Part shown: positions 25,359-32,000 of the stretch, in pieces
How the letters are laid out: each line of letters starts with the position of its first letter
How positions within the stretch are numbered: position 1 is the stretch's first letter
Assembly (NCBI RefSeq): GCF_000146505.1
Contig: NC_017448.1
Location: forward strand, 2,100,001-2,132,000
Source: Fibrobacter succinogenes subsp. succinogenes S85
GTDB lineage: Bacteria > Fibrobacterota > Fibrobacteria > Fibrobacterales > Fibrobacteraceae
Direction: 5' to 3'
Length of the DNA stretch: 32,000 nt
Notes under the pieces: generated by a model
What the model was told of the DNA's origin: nothing
Database searches by the model: none
Seen by the model: the letters and a program-made list of their open reading frames with translations, nothing else
Made by a program: the position numbers and the translations under genes

Positions 25359-26402
25359 TTACGCGCCGAGAGTCGGCTGCCCGAACTTAAACAACATACT
25401 GTTGATTTCCCAAATATCGTACTTTTTGTGCGTGATAAAATAGGAAACAATCAAGTCGCCCTTATTGGATGGCGAAAGCGCAAGTTCAGCACGCGAAAGC
25501 AAATCCTTTGCTTCGTCCAAATTTAGACGCAAAGCGATGGCAAGCGCCAAAGCTGTCTTTTTGGTAGGCCTGTAATGCAAATTGCTGCGAATCTTTGAAA
25601 AATGCTTTCGGTCAAGATTTGCCCTCTTGTAAATCTCAACATCGTCCAGATTCTTTTCGCGAATGATGCTGAAAAGCTTGCCGCAAAAAGTTTCACCGGC
25701 AGTCGCAAGCATTTCTTCAAGGCTTTTTTCCTCCTGCTCGTAAATAGCATGAGAGGCCTCCGCGCGATTAAAAACTACAAAACTATTTTCATAAAAATCG
25801 CATTTTTCAAAATCAGCCGAAACCCCATTTTCATTCCAACGAGCAGATTCACGAACACCACTGTACCTTTCGCGAACGTAATTATCATCAATATACGCTC
25901 GGATGTCATCGCAAAGCTCTTCGGAAACATCAAACGCCTTGCGGTCAAACACGACCAACTGCACATCCATTTCGTGAGATTGCAAAAACTCGCCAATTGC
26001 CTGCAACGCAATTTTCAACGCGCTGTCTTTAGGAAAACGGAACACACCGCTCGATATCAGCGGAAACGCAATAGACTCGCACCCCAGTTCCAGAGCCTTT
26101 TCAAGAGCTCTGCGGTAACAGCTCGCAAGAGCGGACGTTTCGCCTGATTCGCCACCATTCCACTTTGGCCCCACAACGTGAATCAGGTATTTCGCCTTCA
26201 ACGCAAACGCAGACGAAACCGCAACTTCGGCCACGTCAAGCACGCCGATCTTTTCACGGGCCGCCAACAGCTTGTCATACCCCGCCGCCTCATAAATATG
26301 ATATTCGGCGCCACCACCGCAAACAGGATTCTTGTTGGCGGAATTGACAATAGCGTCAGCGCGGACTCTCGAAATATCGTTACGGACAATTCTTAAAGGC
26401 AT
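25359..26402 (-). CDS. macro domain protein with C-terminal HTH-like domain
   Basis: MPLRIVRNDISRVRADAIVNSANKNPVCGGGAEYHIYEAAG, HVVGPKW and CESIAFPLISSGVFRFP are classic macro (ADP-ribose binding/hydrolase) motifs. The C-terminal ~100 aa (...DVEIYKRANLDRKHFSKIRSN...TALALAIALRLNLDEAKDLL) look XRE-HTH-like. Confidence 0.85.
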   Translation of the reverse strand: MPLRIVRNDISRVRADAIVNSANKNPVCGGGAEYHIYEAAGYDKLLAAREKIGVLDVAEVAVSSAFALKAKYLIHVVGPKWNGGESGETSALASCYRRALEKALELGCESIAFPLISSGVFRFPKDSALKIALQAIGEFLQSHEMDVQLVVFDRKAFDVSEELCDDIRAYIDDNYVRERYSGVRESARWNENGVSADFEKCDFYENSFVVFNRAEASHAIYEQEEKSLEEMLATAGETFCGKLFSIIREKNLDDVEIYKRANLDRKHFSKIRSNLHYRPTKKTALALAIALRLNLDEAKDLLSRAELALSPSNKGDLIVSYFITHKKYDIWEINSMLFKFGQPTLGA

Positions 26403-26439
26403 GGTGTAAAATTAATTAAAGAATAAATTGAAATTTTCC

Positions 26440-27333
26440 TCATTTCTTCCGGAACAACACGCGCTTCGCACGTTGCAGATAGGATCGAGTCCGCTCCGGT
26501 TCAACAAAGAACGATGCCACGCAAGCCACCATCGTTGCGTTCAAGAAACAATGGGCAATCACATTCGCCGTCGCAAAAAAGCCACCCCCACTGATATGGG
26601 TCAAATTGAGAATTTGGAACAAGCTTATAAAAATCTGAACAACCATTATGATTGCACACGCTGTCAAAATGCCCGTGTTCTTTTTCACAAGAGCAAAAAT
26701 ACCGATCATCACCGCCACAAAACTAAATAGAACATGTGGGAAAGCTAAATGCCCTAAAAACACACTCATCGAGCCGTTCAATCCGTACACAAGAAAAAAC
26801 GCCGCACAAAAACGATACAGGCCTAAATTAAAACCTTCACAAACCGCAACATCCTTATTTTCTTCGACACGCTTTCTAGGTGCAACAAAAAACGCCGCCA
26901 CAACAGCAACAAAATTAGCGTTAAAAACCATACCAATCGCTACGCTTGCAAAATCATGAGTTCCTGCTACATAATTAATAATGACTGGAGTCACGACGAT
27001 CCAAATAGTCGTAAAAACCGCCAGAATTTTCAAAGCAGTCACATTCTTTTTGACAAGAGCAAATATCGCCAGCCCTAAAAGAAAAGCAATGGCCAAAACA
27101 CTCAGCAACACCGGAAAAAAAACGCCAGACGCGATCATCATCCCGATCATTCCAATACAATCTTCAAACGACGAAGTTGTAATTGCATTCCACAGCGAAG
27201 ACAAAGTCCCGGTCTGCCCAGCCATAAAAAACATATTGATAACAAAGCCGAGCACATTCACCATGAATACTATCGCACATACCCGGAGCAATGCCAGATT
27301 GCCTTTGAATTGAGTTTTTTCTCCTTCACTCAT
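26440..27333 (-). CDS. polytopic membrane protein with internal two-fold duplication
   Basis: About 8 hydrophobic segments. The two halves share IFALVKKN(V/T)..L....I and FFV(A/E)P(R/E)(K/R). GGAGG lies 6 nt before the ATG. Confidence 0.7.
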   Translation of the reverse strand: MSEGEKTQFKGNLALLRVCAIVFMVNVLGFVINMFFMAGQTGTLSSLWNAITTSSFEDCIGMIGMMIASGVFFPVLLSVLAIAFLLGLAIFALVKKNVTALKILAVFTTIWIVVTPVIINYVAGTHDFASVAIGMVFNANFVAVVAAFFVAPRKRVEENKDVAVCEGFNLGLYRFCAAFFLVYGLNGSMSVFLGHLAFPHVLFSFVAVMIGIFALVKKNTGILTACAIIMVVQIFISLFQILNLTHISGGGFFATANVIAHCFLNATMVACVASFFVEPERTRSYLQRAKRVLFRKK

Positions 27334-27383
27334 TTTATACCTCCAATCAGAACAATATAAAAAAGTTATGCCGGCAAAAATAT

Positions 27384-28625
27384 TTACAACTGTACTAGAT
27401 AAAACAATCTGTTTAACATTTCTGAGGCATAACCTCTAGCCAAACAAAGAATTCGTTCAAGCACATCATCGGGTATATCCAGTTTTTTCAATTCCGTCTG
27501 CAAAACACCGTGCATCGCGAGGAAAACGCAGGCAAGCGTAAATCTATGAGTGCAGTCTTTGCGCATCGATTTCATCAAGCCATAACGATCAATAACTTCA
27601 TGCACTCCATCAGGAACTAATCCACACAAAGGATATGCCATGGTAAATTCTTTATAGATGTCCAGACCGAAATCCGCCCAGCCCGAATTCTCCAAGAAAG
27701 CGACTAAATTATCGTATGTAAAGGAATTCTCATAAGGTTCTTCATTAGTACGTTTACACCTTTCATTATGGACCTCATCATCCCACAAAATAATATAGAC
27801 CAGCAACTGGAACAGAAAAACACCCGAAAAAACAAAATTACGAATCGGATCCTCGGAAGCACTAGCCTGATTCCTCGCCTTGACGCGTTCCAAGTCTATC
27901 CCTCTAAGCAGCCACTTTTCCGCCGTTTCATTTTTTTCAAATATGAACTGGAGATCTTTTTTGTAATCGTTGGAGAGATAACTCTGAACAAACTCGAACA
28001 CAAAATTATCATTTATAACTTCTCCTTCTTTTTTATAATAGGCGGGAGGTTCGCCCACATCTTCCAAAGCGGAACTTCCGAACATGCTTTCCAAATTCGT
28101 CACGTTTGACATATTCCAGCGGCTGATATCACCTGTAAACCGGGACTTATCAAACATTCCCGCCATATTCCGGACTTTGGACACATCCCAGTTGCTGATA
28201 TCCCCGTCAAATAGGGATTCTCTAAACATGCCCGCCATTGTTTCCACATTCGAAACATTCCAACGGCTAATGTCGCCATTAAAATTTGAGCCACCGAACA
28301 TGTGATTCATATTTGTCACACTTGAGACGTCCCAATTGCCGATATCGAGATTGAACGGAATCCGTTCTTCTTCTTTCCCGGTATCAAGATTCAGGATCGG
28401 GCCGTCTCCAGAAAACATGCCCGCCATTGTTTCCACATTCGAGACATTCCATTCGCTGATGTTTCCCCTAAAACCTCGATCGGCAAACAAATCATGCATG
28501 TCCGTCACTTGCGACACATCGATAAAATTCAAGTCGCAATTTTCGCCTTCTTCTTCGAAAGCCTCTTCAATAAGTTGTAGCAAATGATCGCGGTCGCGAG
28601 CGATGACTTTTTCGTGCTGGTTCAT
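27384..28625 (-). CDS. DUF285/BspA-type leucine-rich repeat protein (no signal peptide) with unknown C-terminal domain
   Basis: At least four ~24-aa repeats F.GDIS.WNVSNV..M.GMF (FRGNISEWNVSNVETMAGMF, FNGDISRWNVSNVETMAGMF, FDGDISNWDVSKVRNMAGMF, FTGDISRWNMSNVTNLESMF). Residues ~200-413 are unassigned and contain DPIRNFVFSGVF. Confidence 0.8.
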   Translation of the reverse strand: MNQHEKVIARDRDHLLQLIEEAFEEEGENCDLNFIDVSQVTDMHDLFADRGFRGNISEWNVSNVETMAGMFSGDGPILNLDTGKEEERIPFNLDIGNWDVSSVTNMNHMFGGSNFNGDISRWNVSNVETMAGMFRESLFDGDISNWDVSKVRNMAGMFDKSRFTGDISRWNMSNVTNLESMFGSSALEDVGEPPAYYKKEGEVINDNFVFEFVQSYLSNDYKKDLQFIFEKNETAEKWLLRGIDLERVKARNQASASEDPIRNFVFSGVFLFQLLVYIILWDDEVHNERCKRTNEEPYENSFTYDNLVAFLENSGWADFGLDIYKEFTMAYPLCGLVPDGVHEVIDRYGLMKSMRKDCTHRFTLACVFLAMHGVLQTELKKLDIPDDVLERILCLARGYASEMLNRLFYLVQL

Positions 28626-28648
28626 ATATTTCCTTATCTCTCTATTCT

Positions 28649-28677
28649 ATTATTGCCAATCAATGCCAAAATGTAAA
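28649..28677 (-). promoter_or_regulatory. sigma70-type promoter upstream of the 413-aa DUF285 gene
   Basis: Minus strand: TTTACA (28672-28677), a 17-nt spacer, then AATAAT (28649-28654). The geometry matches the cassettes at 29927-29955 and 30588-30616. Confidence 0.45.
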
Positions 28678-28700
28678 AAGTGCGAATAATTACGCTTCTA

Positions 28701-28739
28701 AAAATAACCAAAACCACCGAACCTTATAAAGTACGGTGG
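28701..28739 (-). terminator. rho-independent terminator after the 376-aa gene
   Basis: Minus strand: CCACCG, a 14-nt loop, CGGTGG (28714-28739), followed by TTTTGGTTATTTT (28701-28713). Confidence 0.55.
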
Positions 28740-28766
28740 CAAAAAGATTTATGATTCCAATAAAGT

Positions 28767-29897
28767 TTACTGCAAAAGAGCGTCCGAAATTTCCTTAAAC
28801 ACTCTTTCTTTGCGCTCCGCCAATTTGCGTTTGAACTTGTCGCGAGCGTGTCCCAAGATATTATTCTTGTTCACGATTTCGCGGCAACGAGAGTCCATCA
28901 CATAGAAGACGCTTCCAAGAATCGTGAGGAACTGCTCTGCTTCAAATTTGGTCGGCATGAGTCCGGCCAATTCAAGATTTTTGACCGGTAAATCAGGGAG
29001 CCCGCAGTTTGCGCTCCAAGACATCCACGGCCAACCGGAGAGGCGGTAGAATTCCGTTGCACTATCAACATCCAAAACCTCTTCGACCGTGACAGCTGCG
29101 ACCAGCAAGTACGCGAACATCCCTGTAAACATGAAGTTGCGAATCGGGTTATCGCCAGCAGGGAGTTTCTTGTTCATGAACCTGTCGTGGAATCGGTACT
29201 CCAAATTGATAATGGCATAGATGTCATCCACATTACCATTTTCACCAAAATAACGATGCAAGTCGCGTTCAAATTCCCCACTGCGAAGATACAGCAACGG
29301 ATAGTTTATAGGACAACTTAAATTTTCCCGATCGTAGGTTTTCCACATAGAGTCCCGCCTATAGCGCATATTCCAAATCTCGCCTTCAAAACGGATACGG
29401 ACCCTAGTAAACACCGGTTCACTTAAATGGTCGCCGCAGTAGATAGCCGGTATCGCGGAGTTCCTCAACCTGTCGTAGATTTCGGCAAACTTTTGACTGA
29501 AAAAATGGTGAATTTTGCTAAAGCCTACAAAATTGCTCGTGTAGATGATATCGAGTCCCGTCGCCTTGACAAGCGCCGCCGTATCCATGCGCAAAAGTGA
29601 TGGAGCGAACATCGGGAATCCGCAAACAACGTGCCATTTCGCAAGCAGTTCCTCGCCCTCATCGAACAGCGATTTCTGCTCATAGATCATGAACGTCGCC
29701 ATCGAAGCAAACAACAGACGATGTTCCTTATCCCATTCGTCCCACACCGTCGAGTTCCACCCGACAATCACGCCCTTGGGGGTGTCGTATTCAATCCCCA
29801 GCGAGAACCCGGCACAAACCGTAAAGAAACGGTTCAAGTCTATTTCGAAATTATTGTCGGCGTATTCGCCAAGCTTTTGCTCGGTAATTTGGACCAT
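28767..29897 (-). CDS. hypothetical protein (376 aa) sharing a C-terminal module with the 413-aa DUF285 protein
   Basis: It has no recognisable N-terminal domain. Its C-terminal part NPIRNFMFTGMFAYLLV...SGW...GLMP parallels DPIRNFVFSGVFLFQLLV...SGW...GLVP in the 27384-28625 protein. Confidence 0.65.
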   Translation of the reverse strand: MVQITEQKLGEYADNNFEIDLNRFFTVCAGFSLGIEYDTPKGVIVGWNSTVWDEWDKEHRLLFASMATFMIYEQKSLFDEGEELLAKWHVVCGFPMFAPSLLRMDTAALVKATGLDIIYTSNFVGFSKIHHFFSQKFAEIYDRLRNSAIPAIYCGDHLSEPVFTRVRIRFEGEIWNMRYRRDSMWKTYDRENLSCPINYPLLYLRSGEFERDLHRYFGENGNVDDIYAIINLEYRFHDRFMNKKLPAGDNPIRNFMFTGMFAYLLVAAVTVEEVLDVDSATEFYRLSGWPWMSWSANCGLPDLPVKNLELAGLMPTKFEAEQFLTILGSVFYVMDSRCREIVNKNNILGHARDKFKRKLAERKERVFKEISDALLQ

Positions 29898-29926
29898 AAA
29901 AAAAATCTCCTTATCTCAACCTCCAT

Positions 29927-29955
29927 ATTATCGGAGCGAGATAAGGAAATGTAAA
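29927..29955 (-). promoter_or_regulatory. sigma70-type promoter cassette upstream of the 376-aa gene
   Basis: Minus strand: TTTACA (29950-29955), a 17-nt spacer, then GATAAT (29927-29932). It sits inside a ~36-nt block that is nearly identical to 30586-30624. Confidence 0.45.
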
Positions 29956-30011
29956 GAGCCCAAAAGTCGAGAAACTAAAAAATGGCGAAATTTCGCAAAA
30001 ATCGCCACTTT

Positions 30012-30557
30012 TCAAATTATTTGTTTGGAAAATATCGGAAAATGGACAGTTGGACTACGGAGAATTCTTTTCCTGGACCAACCGGTCGCGAACCTCGGTG
30101 ATGACCTTTCCAAGGAGATTGCGCCCCTCCAATTTGCAGGGTCGTCGATGTTCGGATTGGTCACGGACAACCCGATACCCCAAATTCTATCACGGGGCGA
30201 AGCTTCGACAAACGCGTGCCCGTCGAACTCAGGATCAAGAAGGCGGTTCTTGCAATCTTCCACCTGGCTGTACTTGGCGTAGTTGATATCAAGCATCACC
30301 TGATAACGGACGGAATCCCACTTCTCTTTGTCGAACGGGGTCACCTTGCGGCCCAGCCTCTTAGCCTCTTGCGGTGTGCTTGCGACCAAGATCTTTTCTT
30401 CCATCACCTTGTCACCGAACAGCACCGCCTTTTCCCACATGAACGCCTGTTCATTGCAAAAGAAGGTGCGTCCCTTGTATTCGAACGGAGCATTCCAGAA
30501 GTTAGAAAGCCATTCATGGTAAAAGAATACGTGTTTGTCTGTAACTTTGATAGGCAT
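30012..30557 (-). pseudogene. NADAR (DUF1768/YbiA-like) domain gene with a 1-nt frameshift near the 3' end
   Basis: MPIKVTDKHVFFYHEWLSNFWNAPFEYKGRTFFCNEQAFMWEKAV...ASPRDRIWGIGL...PANWRG is NADAR-like. After WRG (30123-30131) the annotated frame reads AISLERSSPRF... The -1 frame instead reads NLLGKVITEVRDRLVQEKNSP-stop (stop at 30055-30057), which is the expected NADAR C-terminus. Confidence 0.75.
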
Positions 30558-30587
30558 ATTTTTTCCTTTGCTAATTGTTGCTTCTAT

Positions 30588-30616
30588 ATTATCGGAGCAA
30601 GGCAAGGAAATGTAAA
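30588..30616 (-). promoter_or_regulatory. sigma70-type promoter cassette upstream of the NADAR gene
   Basis: Minus strand: TTTACA (30611-30616), a 17-nt spacer, then GATAAT (30588-30593). Confidence 0.45.
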
Positions 30617-30655
30617 ACAGAGCCCTCTCCAGTTTGCAGGGGCATTAACATACTC

Positions 30656-31279
30656 CTAATAACCTTTATCTTTATACCACTTTGGCGGATTTTTGCAAAG
30701 CGGACAATTATAAAACATATTTTCCATATTCGTTTCACTAGACACGTTCCAATTACTGATGTCACCGTAGAAAGGGGCAGAGATGAACATCCCCATCAAA
30801 CCTTTCACATGAGAGACATCCCACTGACTAATATCGCCGTTGAAAACGGACTGTTGAAACATTCCCATCATGCAAATCACATTGGAAACATTCCATTGAC
30901 TAATGTCGCCATCGAACTGGGACATCGAAAACATCATCGTCATGTCCGTCACATTGGAGACATTCCACTTGCTAATATCGCCGTTGAACAGGGAGCACGA
31001 AAACATGCACATCATATTCGTCACGTTGGACACATTCCATTTGCTGATATCGCCATTGAAAGAGGTAACATCGAACATATAGCTCATATCCGTCACTTTA
31101 GACACATCCCACTGGCTAATGTCGCCATTGAAATCCGTTCCACGGAACAAGTTCGACATATCTTTCACCTGAGAAACGTCAATAAAATTCAGGTCGCAGT
31201 TCGGTCCTTCTTTTTCAATGGTCTCTTTAATGAGCTGTTTCAGGTGTTCGCGGTCGCGGGCAATAACTTTTTCTGACAT
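30656..31279 (-). CDS. DUF285/BspA-type leucine-rich repeat protein (207 aa, repeats only, no signal peptide)
   Basis: The start MSEKVIARDREHLKQLIKETIEKEGPNCDLNFIDVSQVKDMSNLF is paralogous to the N-terminus of the 27384-28625 protein. It has seven repeats F(N/D/Y)GDIS.W(N/D)VS.V..M..MF. I place the start at ATG 31277-31279. The track ORF extends to 31450. Confidence 0.8.
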   Translation of the reverse strand: MSEKVIARDREHLKQLIKETIEKEGPNCDLNFIDVSQVKDMSNLFRGTDFNGDISQWDVSKVTDMSYMFDVTSFNGDISKWNVSNVTNMMCMFSCSLFNGDISKWNVSNVTDMTMMFSMSQFDGDISQWNVSNVICMMGMFQQSVFNGDISQWDVSHVKGLMGMFISAPFYGDISNWNVSSETNMENMFYNCPLCKNPPKWYKDKGY

Positions 31280-31475
31280 ACTTTTTCCTTTTGCGTATGA
31301 ACAACGCAAAATCTTCATTATCTTCTTTATATATACATTATTTGGGTAAAAAAATGAATCCCTCAAAAATCCATCCATAAAAGGGAGCTGTAGATACAAT
31401 AAACCCACCCCTATATATCGGTAAAGGAGTGGGATGTGTAAAGGGGGCAATTCCTTGACTAAACACCATTGCTAT

Positions 31476-32000
31476 TTACTGTGCAATATCGAGACTCATC
31501 TCGTTCACATCACAATCTACTTGTATTTTACCCAAAATATCATAATCTAAACATGCTATTCTATCACCGTCACCTTGCTTTTCCAATGCCAAAATCAGCC
31601 CATCAAAATTATAGGGCTTGAAGATTTTTCCAACAAGCAATCTAAAATATTTATCTACAAAAGACTGTTCTGCGGACATTCCATCATGAGCCAATCCGGC
31701 AATAGGCTTTATACGCCAAAATGCATATTTTTCGTTTAACAAATCCGAAAATTTTTCACGGAATAAAGCACGTGCTTCACTTTTAAATTTTTCGCACGAA
31801 ACAGAATTCTTAGATACGTAAGATTTTAAAACAAACATGAAATTGATGTTATACACCTGTAAAAAAAGTGTATCTCTATCAAAAAGCCTGTTTGTAAAAT
31901 GCCGATTACGATTTCTCCATAAATCCTGCGAATCTTTTCTAATCAATTTAGCGTTTTTTCCAGTCGTTTCTGTCCTAAAATACGGTTCTTTATATTGTTC
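31476..32000 (-). CDS. hypothetical protein, start undefined (frame open to right window edge)
   Basis: The stop is at 31476-31478. The track starts the ORF at TTG 31944-31946. I read the upstream codons (…EQYKEPYFRTETTGKNAK-L…) without a stop up to nt 32000, so the gene may begin outside the window. No family recognised. Confidence 0.45.
   Translation of the reverse strand, partial: EQYKEPYFRTETTGKNAKLIRKDSQDLWRNRNRHFTNRLFDRDTLFLQVYNINFMFVLKSYVSKNSVSCEKFKSEARALFREKFSDLLNEKYAFWRIKPIAGLAHDGMSAEQSFVDKYFRLLVGKIFKPYNFDGLILALEKQGDGDRIACLDYDILGKIQVDCDVNEMSLDIAQ

Noticed and set aside
29908-29947. A simple SD-sequestering RNA thermometer or riboswitch call.
   Set aside because: If the TTTACA-N17-GATAAT element is the true promoter, the upstream arm lies between the -35 and -10 elements and would not be transcribed. 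I therefore report it as an ambiguous RNA-or-DNA element rather than a called riboswitch.
1-32000. Integrase, transposase, IS elements, tRNA, rRNA or prophage structural genes that could explain the accessory blocks.
   Set aside because: I recognised none in any frame. Cloverleaf-like or rRNA-like sequences were not apparent by eye. tRNAscan-SE, Infernal and ISfinder searches would be needed to exclude them formally.

Overview
This 32-kb window is a bacterial chromosomal segment. It is possibly from a Fibrobacter-like (FCB-group) organism. That guess rests only on a TIGR02145-type 'Fibrobacter succinogenes major paralogous domain' lipoprotein at 2467-3144.

The GC-richer core genes are:
- dnaN (497-1618)
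- a TtcA-like PP-loop enzyme
- a LysR regulator divergent from metE (18215-20482)
- a tightly packed operon of a cytX-like permease, a PdxK-family kinase and a small radical-SAM protein (20776-23468)

Two accessory blocks interrupt this backbone.

Block 1 spans about 3.15-17.15 kb, is visibly AT-rich, and is almost entirely on the minus strand. It holds a DUF1016/YhcG PD-(D/E)xK nuclease, gene remnants (an AlbA_2 N-terminus and RhuM pieces), and a complete type I R-M operon hsdR-hsdM-hsdS (15747 down to 9350). Directly downstream of hsdS on the same strand are five genes (9268 down to 4941) that I cannot assign to any family. Two of them carry HEPN-type Rx4H motifs: RHWLAH in a 173-aa protein, and LRNTFLH at the C-terminus of a 642-aa protein. 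I see no NTPase motif in any of the five. This R-M-appended cluster is my best candidate for an undescribed defence or abortive-infection system.

Block 2 spans about 23.5-32 kb and contains:
- an orphan AT-rich gene behind a consensus promoter and a T-tract/GC 15-mer array
- a VWA protein
- a macro-HTH protein
- an internally duplicated membrane protein
- two DUF285/BspA-repeat proteins with no signal peptide
- a frameshifted NADAR gene
- proteins that share an unknown C-terminal module
- near-identical promoter/leader cassettes upstream of several of these genes

I recognised no rRNA, tRNA, CRISPR array, integrase or transposase. All family calls come from motif recognition by eye, not from database searches.
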